Shown here in pieces: positions 1-16,150 of a stretch of 64,000 nucleotides of DNA. The stretch is from the human T2T-CHM13v2.0 reference genome, Homo sapiens. A program made the translations under genes and the position numbers. The stretch lies in NCBI RefSeq assembly GCF_009914755.1, contig NC_060940.1, one strand, 5' to 3'. Position 1 is the first letter of the stretch. Each line of letters starts with the position of its first letter. The notes below the pieces were generated by a model that had not been told where the DNA came from, made no database searches, and saw only the letters and a list, made by a program, of their open reading frames with translations.

Positions 1-30
1 GGGTTACAGGCGTGAGCCACCGCACCCAGC
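1..30 (-). mobile_element. Alu 5' end, cut by window edge
   Basis: ggg.ttacaggcgtgagccaccgcacccagc is the reverse complement of the Alu 5' end. Confidence 0.9.
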
Positions 31-526
31 TGCCTTTTCTTCAATAACTTTTAAGCGACCTGAGTGGCAGTTTGTGGGCTGGAGAGTTTGATCGGATATG
101 GAAAAATGGACATACAGATTGGTTTAAAGGATTTAAATCTCCATGTCCTATAAAGCCAGTAGATCCATCACTCACATAGCAGAGAAGTTACATGGGATCA
201 CATCATGTCATATTCATGTCTCAAAAGAGTTACCTGTTCCAATATGAAATAATTAAACCTTCTAAAATTGTGCTGCTTTTTTCATATACAAAATGTTTGT
301 GTTTCAGAGAGCTCTTATTATCAAATATAAGGTCTTTGGCCATCTCCACAAAAATACTAAGGGAGTTTTAAAGATTCCTTGAAGGGATGATGGAAAGTTT
401 CTGAACAAAACCTCCTGAGACAGAAAATGCTCCCATATGAAGCCTTGAAGTTTCTACTACAGGAAATGTGAGGACATCACGTCAGATCTGTGAATCTCAG
501 ACTGCTGGACCCTTCTCTTTATAGTC

Positions 527-1460
<934 letters not shown>

Positions 1461-2223
1461 GACAGTTTAGTTGCTTATTTGCCACAAGATAAAGACCTGC
1501 TAAGTAAGAATGAGTTAAAAATGCTCAAGAAGATACTGGTCCCTAATATTTGGAGCTATGAGAACATTTAAAAGAACTATACCAACAGGAAGGATAACAA
1601 TCAGTAAAAGTTTAGCACTAAATTTAGTTGCACATAATATAGACTGAACCAACACATAATCTCATTTTGAGATTAAGGTGGGAACTTACTGGAGAAGCCA
1701 CAAAACCTACTGCACTGAAGTTTTGCCATTATTGGACGGTAGCCTTGCTTGACTTGCACCATCTCATCTTCCCTCACTTCCACTTCCCTTGTCCAAATCT
1801 CAGGTTTCCTGAAGAACCAGTTCAAGTGCCACCTTCTCTTGAGCATTCTGGCCAATTAGCAATTTCTTTGAATTCCTACAGCACTTACAATTCCTCATTT
1901 AAAGCTTCATTACATATGCAATGGCTTGTGTTCTATTTATAACACATATTAACATATTCATGTTTCCTTCTTGAAAATGATAAGTCACCTCTACGAAGCT
2001 TGCCAAGAGAAGGGACTCATCTGGACCACCCTCTAAGCCACTGCAGATCTATGTGTGCCAGACTATTTTTCGGCACAAGTGTCTATCATGGTCAAGAGAA
2101 AGGGAAATGTACTAGCCATTGTAAGTATCCAGGAAGACAAAGAAATGTACAACTCTAGAGTTCATTCATGTCTACCTAGACAGGAAATGCACATACCTCA
2201 AGCTGCTGATCTTTGTATTTTCT

Positions 2224-3301
<1,078 letters not shown>

Positions 3302-6300
3302 TAACTGAATTCAACTGGAGAAACTCCCACGTGATCTCTAGATGACCTTCTAAAGGGAAGTAGAACACACCACCATATATTCCTGGCTGGTGCTCCTGTG
3401 TGACCAAAAGACTCAGGGAAGCTTGTAAGTTTTTAAGATAAAAAGGGGTATCCATGAAAAGAAGCCAACCACCTGAAAAGGGTTAGGAAAATCTAATAGG
3501 CAGAACTATTTCTGTGAATTAAAAGTCATGCAAAAATCTGAACATGAAGACCTGGAGGCCATGAAAGTGAAGAACACTCTTTATAGAGGCTTTGCCTGCT
3601 TTTTCTTTTCACTAGCTCTAGGATGTACAGAAACTGCTTTCACTTTAGTTTCAACTAAGCTTGTTTCCTGGTCTCTCAGATGCCAGCTCAGTGCTACTGA
3701 GACCGTGGCAGCATTATTGGGAAATGTCCTAGTCAAACCCCAAACAGCTTTGCTGGGGTATTTTTTTTAAATCTCAGAAAATCACCTTTTATACCTTTAT
3801 TTAAAACTGATCTTGAGCTAAGCTGTTGTACTTGACTGTGTCCCTTTAACCTAGGGAACTCACTGCCAAAAAATATGATTGAGGCCAACAGCTTAATAAG
3901 TTTTATCGAAGATTAAATATTTATATGAATAAAAATAGCACCTGCAGCGACACCAGGAAGGATAAAATTACAAGGGCTATGAAATCTTCATGCTTCAGGG
4001 CATAAATTGCTTACCAGCTGGATAAGGTGGTTTCCCTCGCAGAACAACACTGCACTGCTAAATATGTTTTCCTGAGAAGTATCTCAATGCTGACCACTTC
4101 CAGGACCAAAGACTACAGCAGAAAGATCTTTACATTGTTGGTTTGCATCCAGCCCAAGTTTTTACAGAATTTAGAAAGTGTATGATACCACGCCAATCTA
4201 AAATCTGAAAATAATGATGCAAGAGAGAGGCCAACACCTCCATTCACAAGGAATAGGAGTAAAATGGGATAAAATTATAAAAGACGAACTGGCTCAGGAG
4301 GGAAGCAGTTCCTAACTTTGTTGGCCAATATGGATTATTTGCAGTAAAACACTCAGAGCTCCAAATCTGAAATCCAGTTAAGACAAAATTAGAAGAAAAG
4401 TCATCAATCGACTACTTTAAGCTTAATCTTTTTGTCTTTAGCGTTTTCCCAAAAGTAGAAATGTAGCATGAAGATTATCAGTAAGACCTTGGTCTTCTAA
4501 CCTTGGTAGAGCAAAGACCATTATTTGACTGCAGGAAAAAACAATAGGGAAAACGTAATGAAATAAGGAGTAAAAACAGGAAAAACTAACAAAACATATG
4601 CACCAAATTTTTAGATGCTAGATTTTACTTCTCCCAGCACCAAACTATACTGTGACATTTGCAAATGACTCTTTTTTCCTTAAGGATTATGGGAATAATG
4701 GTAAATATCAATCAATCCATTTTATAAATGGAATATTCAACAAAGTAAAGAGTAGCATCCAGCCAGGCAAAGTATGCTAATAAGGTTAGCTTTTATTGAA
4801 AATTCACTTGAAGTTTGCAAGTTTAGATAACCCGATGTGCACAAACATTCTACAGTTACTAATATGACTTAATGTTCAGTTGCATAATTAGTTGGTTTCT
4901 CCAGAAGGATTATTTAAGAAACAGCTATGGGCTCCAGGAGGATGTTCTTTTTCAAAACAGTGTATGGAAGTGCATGATGGGTGGTCCTCACAATGACTAC
5001 ACGAACAAAGGACTCCTGTGGATTTTAATAACACTGATCCACTTATGAATCATAAATCAAATGGGAACTCTTTTGCAGTTCGCAGATTTCCAAGACTTCT
5101 GGGGAGAATACTCCAGCACAGCAGCGTGTTATTGACCAGGATTAACCACATTTGCTCACATTCTTTTAAAAATAGTGATTTGCATCCTTGGATGGGTGCT
5201 GGCAGGGACCAGCGAAAGAACAGCAACGGAAACAGGGAGGAAAGCGGAGCAAAGCCAGCATCAGTGGCCTTCGAGAATCCAGAGCTCTGCAAAGAGACGG
5301 CCGGAGCTGAGATGAGCAGAGAAACACAGGCAGATAAAGATGAACCATCACCACCTCAGCCAGAGAGACAAATACATGGTTGGTACCAACAGGAGCCTTT
5401 TCTGATTATTTTTAGAAAACCTTTAATTTAATGCATATTTTCTTTGCTGAAAAGGAAATAGTGATATTAACAAATTGGTTTTATTTCTAACCTGGCAGGG
5501 TGCCTGCAGTGAAATGTAAATACATGTACATGGGAGCTGGGATTAGCATTTACTGAAGAAAAGGAGTAGTCAATATTTTAATGAGGAAGTCTAAGAAAGC
5601 AATTGCATGAAACACACTCCGATGTCACAGGGGAGCTTTTTAAGTTAAGCCAACTAGTTCCAAATTACTACTTTTCCTGGCTTTCCTTTAAGGGGAGTTT
5701 AGACTTACTTAGGAAAAAATACAACTGTGGCATTTAGTTTTAAATATCATAAAATAGCTGTAATATTCCTCTCTATAAATACATACATTAACCTATACAC
5801 ATCTCTCTCATTATACATATAGAAAAAGCATGTCTCACTTGCCAATCTTCAGCTAAATGGCCCATTGAAGAGTGTCATCTTTCTGCTTTTTTTTTTCAAA
5901 AACAGAAATACCAGGCAAAGAAAATTGACTCTACCCAAGAATGAGGGACAGATCTGAGGGGAAAAAAAATACATAAAAGGAAACACAGGTAACCAAAGCA
6001 AATAAAAATCAATGATAGTTTAAGGACAGAGTAGTGTATATAAGACAGATTCAGATAGCAGATCAAATCAATTAGAAAAACACCATCTATTATATAATCT
6101 TTACTCTGACACCCCTAGGAAGCATATTCCCATCTCAGAATCAGATTTCATCAACAACCAGGAAAAGAGAAAGGAACAAGATCGTTCTGGGAACAAGGCA
6201 AGATATACAAAACCAAAATATATCACCAATATTAACCCTTAAATGAAATCAAATGATCTGAAGATTTGAAGACTTCCGTGTTACCATTTCTGAACTCCAG

Positions 6301-6829
6301 GGGACCCAATAGGACTAACTACTTCAAAAACGCCATTACAACAGCATTTCCTATATTCTGATGAATGCTCTCAAGAACATTTCATGTCTGACAAATATTT
6401 AAGCATTTTTGGGCCTTATATTGGCCAAGTTGTACCTACCCTTCCAAACTCAGAGCCAACATCAAATAATAAAGAACAGAAATTAGTAATATAGAAACTG
6501 AGCATCATAAAAAATGATCATAAAAATCAAAAGTTATTATTTTTCAAAAGAATAATAAAATTGAAAAACATGATGAGAGAATAATAAAAAGAGAAGGCAC
6601 ATAGGATCAACACTAAGGTTTTGTGGACATTAAAAGGATCAGAAGAAAGAGCATATGCTTTTTTATACCTTATACTTTTATACATTTATAATTTTACACT
6701 TTTATGAATATGAGGAATCTGTATATCCAAAAGAAATTCTTACACATGAAAACTGGGAGAACTATACCCAAATATTCAAAGCGACATTATTTTTATTAGA
6801 TAGATTGTTTTAAATTTAATTGATAGATT

Positions 6830-7300
6830 ACAAAAACATGATACATTTACTCAAAGGCCTATTATACAGCAGTGGAAATGAATGAAATACAATTACTTGC
6901 AACAACATAAATGGATCTTGGAAACATCATATTGAGTGAAAATTTGTCACTCCCATCAGTCTACATTTGGTGTGACACAGTTTTTATAATACTCAAAAAT
7001 TAGAAAGATCTAAACAACATATTGTTTAGTTCAAATTAATATATTAAATAAAACTGTTTTTCAAAAGGCAAGGGAACAGTGAACACACAGTATTCAAAAT
7101 AGTGGTCCCCTCTAAGTGGGGAGGAGGATATCAAGATAAGAATAGGGAAGGGGCACACGGGTAGAGGCCACTGTCCCGCTAATTTTCCTACTTTTAAGCT
7201 GGGTCGTAAGTTATGGGTATTCATTTCATTATTATGCTGTGTAACCTACATATATATGACATAGTTTGTTTCATATGTATGAAATATTACTAATAAAAAT
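6830..7300 (+). mobile_element. Ancient L1ME-type 3' end fragment
   Basis: tattatacagcagtggaaatgaatgaa...caacaacataaatggatctt...atattgagtgaaaa resembles the L1M 3' end. Confidence 0.7.
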
Positions 7301-8459
7301 AGTCCCCCCAAAATCATAAAATCACACACAGAGAGAAGATAGGAAAAGGCCTTATATTTATCCTGCTGTTAAAGGAACCTCATTCTCTTCCCCCTCCCAG
7401 GCTATCACCAAGAAGTAAGAGATTCCTTGGGCTCTCACAGTCTGCCACCCGAGATAAAAAAGCTAGCAGCTGTCTCAAGATTAGGCAAGAACTATTTCAT
7501 GAGAAACTGACTATTTTTCCACAAAAATATATCTACTGAGTTACCTGCCATCCATTCAGAAACACCAACCTTAGAAAAATTAAAGGAGGAAGAGGGTATG
7601 GCATTTGCCTGGAAAAGAGCCTCAAAATTGAAGTGCTGAGCTGGACTTGGGGCAGAACAGGGATAACAGCAGGGCAGGCTGGAACCTGAGTTTGTTATGT
7701 ATTCCACCTGAATGGAGATTTAGACTATAGGGGCAGTGAAGCTCCATGAAAACTAGGAATTGATCTAGAACGTATGCACATCAATACACCCTCCAGATAC
7801 AGATCCAGGAAGGAAATCTGACCACCACACAAGGAGACAGGTATGAGAGCAAACCCCTAAGTCAGGTGACGAACACCAAACAAAGCATCTGTGATTGGCT
7901 ACTACACAAAAAGGAAACAAAAACATCTCCCAAACTCAGAGACAGATCATTGCCTCTGAAAATATACTTGAAGAAATCAGAAAATGTACTCAACTCTAAT
8001 TCCTCGAAGGAAGGGGCCAAATCTTGTTTGCTATTGTGTTTCTAGTATGAAAGCAGTGCTTTGCACAAAATAAGCATGTGATGAATATTCTTAAATAGTT
8101 TTCATATACAGAAGAGTGTAAAATAGACGTCACTATAAAAGGCATAGAAAATTATAAAAAAATAGAATACAAAAAAGTAACAGAATGAAAAAAGAAAGAT
8201 GAATGAGAAGAGAGGCTGTTCACAACCAAAAATGCATGGGCAGAATGCAAATCCACATTAAAGGCAGTAAATACAGAATGCTAAGGTAGAAAGTGCACAG
8301 TGTGACATTTCAGGAAGACTAAAAATCAATTGGAAGAGATCAAACACACTGTGTAAGCTTAGATTAAGTTTCAATTTAATTGGCCAAGAGGGCAACACAG
8401 TCAAGAATAGACAACACTCAGCATGAATTCCTTTGGTTTTCAGAGTCCCTAGTGGGAAT

Positions 8460-8935
8460 GCAGTGAATTGTAAAGATGGCCTCACATTTGCCCCATTGCT
8501 GTATCCATGCCCTTGCAATAGGACATGACAGTTTCTCCAGTTAAGACCTAGAGTCTCTTTCTCTACCTCTTGAATCTGGGTTGGTCAGGTGACTTCCTTT
8601 AACTAATGGAATCTAAGCCAAGTGACTAAATCAGTCTCGAAAAGTGCTTATATGTTGACATTTGCCCTATCTTGCTGCTTTAGAAACCCTCAGATATGTG
8701 GCTCCAACACCAGACATGTGCAGGAGGCTATCAGGAAAAAAACAGCCCCAGTTGACTTCTCAGCTGACTATAACCACAGGAATGACACATATGTCACATG
8801 TGAGACTTACAGAAGAACTGCCCAGCTGAACCCAGCCCAAATTACTGGCCTACAGCACCATGCATGTCCTAATAAATGATTGCTGTTATAAGCTGCTACA
8901 TTTGATGGTTTGTAATGCAGTAAAGCTCATGGACA
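8460..8935 (+). mobile_element. MLT1 MaLR LTR (old subfamily)
   Basis: cttgaatctgggttggtcaggtgact; agaactgcccagctgaacccagcccaaatt; 3' aataaatgattgctgttataagc. Confidence 0.75.
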
Positions 8936-9334
8936 CAGAAGCAAGCCAGCTGTCAGTGATACTCTGCCCAAGAGGAAGCTTTGGGTCTGAGCTCAGTTCC
9001 AGCCCCAACACCTCCTCCTTATACTTGAAAGTAAGCATTCCTTGCAAAGAATTTGAACTAGTTATATGTTAAGAGGGAATGTTTCAGACTTGTGAGACTT
9101 TCCTGGTTCTCAAGCAAAGACAGTATTAAAGCCATATTCTCACAAGGCATGGGAGGGGGACCAGGGAAGCAGAGTCACAGCCCAAGTACCCTCTAAGCAG
9201 TATCTTAGCCTTCAGTTTTATGGTTAATTAGAGAGCTCATTTCCCAAAACCTCCCTAAATAGAAGAAAAAAATGTAAGATAAAAATTATCAGTGAAGAAA
9301 GACACATATAAAATCAGATATGGGGTTTATCTTA

Positions 9335-9490
9335 CATTCATTCATTCATTTGTTCATTCATCTATCCATTACAAATGGATTTACTGAGGTTCTAGAATGT
9401 GTTGGGCTCTGTATCTATATACCCCAGTAAAGTGCTGTGAATGAAACTGATAGGATTTCCCTATCAGTTTCACTGCCTTTATAGAACTTA
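9335..9490 (-). mobile_element. L2 3' end fragment
   Basis: (cattcatt)n followed by tttactgag...tgtgttgggc...ctgcctttatagaactta. Confidence 0.65.
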
Positions 9491-9499
9491 TTGTTTTAG

Positions 9500-12440
9500 C
9501 ATCTTAGATTACTGCGGTTCCTGAAAAGAAGAATAGGATAAATGGAACCAAGTGAATAACTTAAGCTAAAACAGATGAAAATACTTATCAACTGAAAAAG
9601 TTCCATGTAACAGATAAAAAGAATGACCATTATCAAGGCAAACTCATACCTGGATCTGGCCAAAAATTCTGAGTTACACAAAAATAAAGTCTCACAAATA
9701 TCTAGGCATAGAAAAAAACAATACACATACACGCACGCACATATGCACACACACTGACACAGCCTTCAATTATCTAAAAAAAAATCAGCCTTGCCCCAGA
9801 TATGAAAATTAATACAACAAAATTACAAAATTTTGAGGGGAAATGGTACAACTCAAGAATTGCACATCTAAACAAAGAATTTAAAAAATCCACACAAATG
9901 TGTGAACTCAGAAAACGTACCAACCATCCATCTTTCTTGAAAAATTATCTAAAGCCATACTCAAACTCACTAAGAGATTTAAAAATAACTAAGAACTCAA
10001 AAATAATAAGGAAAAAGTATAAGAATCATATCGAGAACAGTGAAACCAATTAAACATAACAATAACTAATTATAGCAAAAATTTTAAAAGCTAAGTAGAA
10101 ATTATAAACTGTTTTCTATTATTTTTTACTATAAATTATTTTTGAAAAATAAACATATGCATTAAGACTAATGATTTTTATTAAATAACACTTTTTCTAA
10201 AACCTGAGGTTATAAACAAAGACCAAGATACAGGGCTGGAGAGAGCAATGGAATGTATGTTGCAGGGTGGGGGAGATGAGAAGTATGCTAAACTCTTCCA
10301 TTTAAATAAAAGACATAATGACTTTTTTTCCCCTTAAATTTGACAGTTGGAGATATAGAGATTAAATAATGGTTTTGAGAAATTAGATCCAAAAAAATTG
10401 AATACCAACATATACTTCATAAAATACTAACAAAGAACCATACAGTCTATATGCCCAAAGACAGAGAACGAAAAATAATAAAAGACACCCATAGAATCAA
10501 AAAGAAAATATAAAGAAAGCAATAAGGCTAATATTTTATTTATAACAATGTACGTAAATGGCTTAAATTTCCCTGTGAGAAGACAAAGACTAGAAGACTG
10601 AGTCACAACACCAAATCCAATTATGTATCAATTAGAAGAAATACACCTAAGACAAACAAGTACAGAAAGGATGAGTAAAAAGACGAGTGAACATACACTA
10701 AAGAGATACAAATAAAAAAAAGAGTTTTAATATTAGTATTAGAGAAATAAAAATGCAAGGCAAAACACAAGAAGTGGGCAAAGACAGACTTTATATTAAG
10801 GGAATACAATTCAACACAAATATGCAATATTCATGTGTCAAATAACGCAACACTGACTCTCAGAATGAGAATATCTCTAGAAGTAAAAGTTAAAGAATAG
10901 TAAGACCAACTTCATAAAGGACTTTAACATTCCTCACAGTTGGTCAAAGAAGACCAAAGGATACAGTGGAGCTTTATAATTAGTTAATTCTCTATCTTAA
11001 GGAAAATAGCCTTCATTTCCAGTGACCATGGATTCTTTTCCAAAGATGTTTATACATACTATCCCCAAAATATGTCAACAAAATTTAAGTAAAAATCATC
11101 ACAGGTATATTTTAGGAGGCAATTAAATAAAACTGTAAATTAATAATAACAGATGATGTCATAAAATCAACCACTTTAAAATTTAAAATTACTCTTATAA
11201 AAGAATTTTGGATCTTAGAGGCTATCAGAATATCACTTTAGGTTATTAAACAATGGATAAAGTAAGAATATAACAGCAAAAGTTATATGATGCAGCTAAG
11301 CTAAAAATCATAGCAAAGTTCATAGTTTTAAATATTTTTATTAATAAACAACAACAACAACAAAAAATGAATTAACTAAGCATGCAACTTTAAAAGCTAG
11401 TAGGAAAACAGAACAACTGGAAATAGTAAACTTTAGACCTGGCTCTTCCACACTACCTTTGGCATAGCTAATCACAAAAAAAGATATATTAAGAATAAGA
11501 AAAGTGATTTAACAATAGATTTCTAGAATTATTTTAACTATAACAATATTTTGTTTGCATCTATAAAAATAAATTTAAATGAACTGATATTTCAACAGGA
11601 AAATATAAATCATCAAACTTGATTCAAATAGAAATAGAAAACAACCTGAACAGGTCAATTAATCTTGAAAGAAAATTAGAGGCTTCAAACAACTTCTCCT
11701 CCTAAACAAAGATGGCACAAAAAAATAATTATACTAGTATATAATATGCAGAAACCCTAAATAAAATACTCTTGTGACTTAGGGAGGTTTATTTCTGGTA
11801 CATAAGGATGAATTCATGTTAGAAAATTTACCCATAAATAGAGACACTCTATGTCCTCCAATGGAATGACTCAATATTACACAGATACCAGTCTACTCCA
11901 ATAATTTATAAATATAATCCAGTCATTGTCAAAACCCAACAGGGAAAAACAAATGCAAAAGTAAAGAAAATTTTGTAAGAGAAGAACAGAGACAAGTTTG
12001 GCATTACCAAATATACACCAAAATTACTGAAATCACATAAACATTACAGTAGTGATACAGGAAATTATTTATATTAGCAAAATCAGAAAAAAACTAAATG
12101 TTCATTTTTCGATAACAGGAATGAGTAAAACTTTTCTGTGTTACACGCATGTGTGAACAGCATGCAGTGAGTAAAAGTCACACTGTAGAAGACCATTGGG
12201 AGATGTTCAAGCCCTATTGGTTATTGGGAATGAAAGTGTAAAAGAAGTGCATAGGATAATTTTTTCAAAGAGTATATTCTAATTACAGTGGGTAAAAATA
12301 CCTTAAAGAATATATACAAAATGTAAACAATGGCTATTTCTCCATAATGGCATAAAATGATTTCCAATTTTGCTACTTAGGCTCTTCAGTATTTTCCAAA
12401 TTTTTCAGAACAAAAATGTTGATATTGTTTTCATAAAAAT
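9500..12440 (+). mobile_element. Highly decayed L1M-class element(s) with ORF2 endonuclease-region remnant
   Basis: A-rich plus strand; ~10545 aatgtacgtaaatggcttaaatttccctgtgagaagacaaagact resembles the ORF2 start; 11590-11660 and 11860-11930 resemble internal ORF2; L1M 3' motifs near 12050-12440; no intact frame. Confidence 0.6.
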
Positions 12441-13997
12441 ACTATTTTATAAAGGTCAAGTCTTCTAAAATCTGGTATTGCATTAATTCAAGTACACTTA
12501 TACAACATTGAAATTTATTTAAAATATATGTAACAGAAACCTGAGCTATGTGCCAATGGCAAGTGTCTGGATATGACTCACCAAAAAAACTGCTATATGT
12601 CTGAAGGAAATATTAAAACAAATAGCCCAGCACCACAGTGATTACACAGAACTGTATATATTCGCTCTGTGCACTGGACAGGAGTTTTTCATTTCATACA
12701 TCATTTACAGCTTGCTTCAGTGATTCTGCAAAATCAGTCCATACCATTAGCACACACCAAGAGAAACACCCGATGTTCTCGTTGTTGGAAAATTCAAGTG
12801 TTTTGGGCTCTGATGTGCATCAAAGTGCTATCTATGCAGATGCGGTTCTGCTAACGAGGATCACAACACCAGATGACCAAGAATCACCAACAGGGATCAA
12901 ATATCTAGGGTCAAGCACATCGACTTCTGAAAATCTATAGTCCAAGCCTGGCTCGTGCTCATAGGTATACTTAATTTTAAAAACTACTTGAAGTAAATGA
13001 AAACAAAATGGTGAAAGTCATAAGTCAATCCCTCCAGAGGGGCTTATTTTTTTTTTAATGGAAACCAGCTCTCATTTCCAAAATATTTTATCAAGGCATT
13101 TGATACCAAGCATCTAGTCTACTCAACACTTCATCAAAATGAACGTCTCATGCATTCACCACTGTACCCAAGTCCCTGCTCTTTTTTAACAATGTCGCCA
13201 TTTTCAAATCAGAGCATTGAAAAGTATATTTCTATGGCCATACAAAAATATGCCTTGTATATTTCAGGCCAGTGAGAAAGATGTTTTTGCTAGACAACGG
13301 AATGCTCCTAGGATTAAAAGCATTTTGTGAACACTTTCTTCCTATGGGGACAGCAAAGAGGCTCCGGAACAGCAAATGGTAACTTGGTTCTGCGTCCAAC
13401 AAAACTTGACATTCAAACTCTTCTCTTTTTTTTACCTTCTTTTCTCTTATGTAAAACAAAAACAAAAACAAAAAACTCATAGTACAATTTTCTGGTGAGT
13501 GAATTTGCCATATCGTCTTCTACCTACAGCCACAGAAATGAATTCCAACAAACAACATTCTATTTTACTATTCTGTGGATTTCCTTACTATTGTATCTCA
13601 TTCATTTGTAGAACAATCAGAATCCAGAGTTGTGCTGAGTTTCAACTAGGAATGCAACTATGAGCCATCATGTGGTACTTTACCAAGACCAGCAGCTGTA
13701 TATTAAGCACTGAAATTATCAAAGCTCATGACTTACACAGCCAGCACCTCCCGTAGCAATCGTTCTGCTGTGGACTACCCACCAACAAAATCTTTAGCAA
13801 CAGGATTCATTTTTTCCAGACCAAATATTAAGTAGTAACGACAACACCTCAATGTGCAGAGGATATCAGAGCTGTGATGAGCCAAGTCAAATTCATGCCA
13901 GAAAGATACATAGGCATTTTGAAAGTAAAGCCATTAACGCGTAAGTTCCTCATTTTTATGTCCTACATTTTCCAAATCATCACATCTCAGAAATTAC

Positions 13998-14157
13998 CTG
14001 AAATCAACCTTTAACTACATCGAATGAAACAGAGCACTCTGAAGAAAAGTCCATGGATAACTTTTAGACCAAACAAATTGGAACGCTTCTACATACCAAA
14101 GTAAAATTTCTTCGACTTATTCTTCTTTTGGTTTCAGAATTCAAAAAGTCCAGAAGC
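13998..14157 (-). other. Candidate spliced exon of a minus-strand host gene (160 nt, or 61 nt with internal donor at 14097)
   Basis: Minus strand acceptor ttttttttttcatatttacag|GCTTCTGG; donors TTG|gtatgt and CAG|gtaatt; unique sequence; no transcript evidence available. Confidence 0.4.
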
Positions 14158-15859
14158 CTGTAAATATGAAAAAAAAAAGTTTAAGGAAAAGATCTAGAAA
14201 AATATCAATCAAAATGATCAAAGGCAATTGAAAATGGTAACGTGTGTGCTTGGCTAAAAATAAGGCACATTCTGAGTGGAAAGTTGCTAAAAAATGTTCA
14301 AAGCCATGGAGGTCACGGCTCGAATGAATGTTGACTGTTTCAGCTCATCTCAAAACAGAAGCACTGTTTCCAATTGCAAAGAAAGCCTGTGCTCTCCCCT
14401 TCCAAGAAAGTGGTAGAAGATGGCAATGGAAAACCATTTCACATTAACCAATACATTTTTAATATTAACCGGTTACATTTTAATTTATCACTAAACACTA
14501 TTTAGGAAATGACTGAAAGGAATTTGGGATTTTCTCATCAGTCTGCATCTGGGAAAGGTACAAAGAAAGTAACAGGAAATTTCTCCCAAAATAATTAGAC
14601 AGAGGTCCTAAGTTGAGGATGAAACTGAATGGTGGGTGTATATCATGGAATTCGTCTTATCCTAATATGAAAGTTTTATATAAAAATGGTGAATCTTAAA
14701 CTATATCTTTTTGGCAAATGATTTGGATTTAATTGTACCTTTGCTTCATCTGTGCGTGTGAGTGGGGTAAGTGCCTTAGATATTGTGTGGAAACCATTAT
14801 TCATATATAATTACTAGCTTCCAGTGAGCAGGATCACACAGAGTATACGGGAAAGATACTATATGCAAAGCCTGAATGCCAAGGAAGAAATTAAAAGTCC
14901 AGAAATCTAGCAAGAATAGCACCAGCACAAACTGATTAGAAAGATTTTAGTTATTTTATACAATGTTAGACCACCTCTCAGTGGATGTCTGGTCTTGTGG
15001 GAGAGAATAACCTATTATTTATTATTTAAGTAAAAAAGTGAAAGTTGAGGTGGTCAAAAATGACAGAAGATGGTTGCATGCATAAGCATCTTGCTATTAT
15101 TTCCAGACTATAATGGCTAAACAAATTAAGGCAACATGGGAGAGAAAGGCATTTTAATAGGTGACAATTGTTTTTAGAAGAGTGATAAATAGTGATTGAT
15201 CCAATTACTGGTTACTCTACAAGCCAGATTTAAGAATGATCGTCCAAAGCGAAGGCAGAAGTGTCTCTCCAAGTGAATGCAGCAGGCATAGAGTAAATTT
15301 TGAAAGTAAAAGGTGAACCTTAAAAGAATTCTTATTAAAATTATAGTTATCGGAAACATGGGAAGATTACGATGAGAAAGGGCAGGGCTAATCCAAAATG
15401 GGGAGAAAGCCGAGAGATAAAGAATGAAATTTCATTCGAATAGTCATGAGTCTAGAGCACGTTGAGGTTTGGGCTTCTGGTTAGCGTTTCTAAGCCATTC
15501 TAGCAAGGGAAGCACCTTGCTAACGGCTAAGTCTGGCAAGGCTTAGGATCATCTAACATACATTCCCTAAGATAGGAGTTGCCCAAAGACAGGCACCTGA
15601 TCCTGTTCTCCGGACTTAATATCCTGTGCTTCCATGTGCAAACTGCATTCAAAATTATGGTTTTTACAGTATTTTGTAAGCATATGCATTGTTGCTAGAA
15701 AATCTGAAAACTATAACAATGGAAGGGTAGGCTTGCATTTCTTCCTAAGATAAGCCCCTGCTTAGAAAATGTAATCATATCTATGTATTAGTGACTTCCT
15801 CTATTTGTAATCATCAATTTTAAATTTCCAATAAATACGATTCCCCAAAGAGGGTATCT

Positions 15860-16150
15860 AATAAATAGGGATAATGATATATACCTATCTAGCTATGAGG
15901 ATCAAGTGAGCTCACGTACATAAAGCCCTTAACGGAATGTCTGACGCATAATGGATGCTTAACAAATAAAGGCTGATATTACATACAGAAAACTGCCACA
16001 GCAAAGCAGTAGTGTACTTATTTAGAACTTAGGCTCTGAAGTCAGGCAATCTGGCTTTGAAAATCATTTGCCATTGCTCTTATGAGGATAAAATAAGGTA
16101 ATATTTGGAAATTGTTTAGCAGAGTGCCACTCTACTAATTAATTCAAAAT
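15860..16150 (+). mobile_element. MIR fragments
   Basis: aaatagggataatgatatatacct...tgaggatcaagtgag...taaagcccttaacggaatgtctgacgcata. Confidence 0.65.

Noticed and set aside
12638-12940. 100-aa ORF and a minus-strand acceptor-like gattttcag
   Set aside because: Non-ATG start, the minus frame closes after about 31 codons, weak pyrimidine tract and no recognisable product.
13998-14157. Assigning a gene symbol to the host gene
   Set aside because: I cannot match the candidate exon or any other unique sequence to a named gene from memory; a BLAT search is required.
15422-15437. Perfect 16-bp palindrome gaatgaaatttcattc
   Set aside because: About one 8-bp-arm palindrome is expected by chance in 64 kb.
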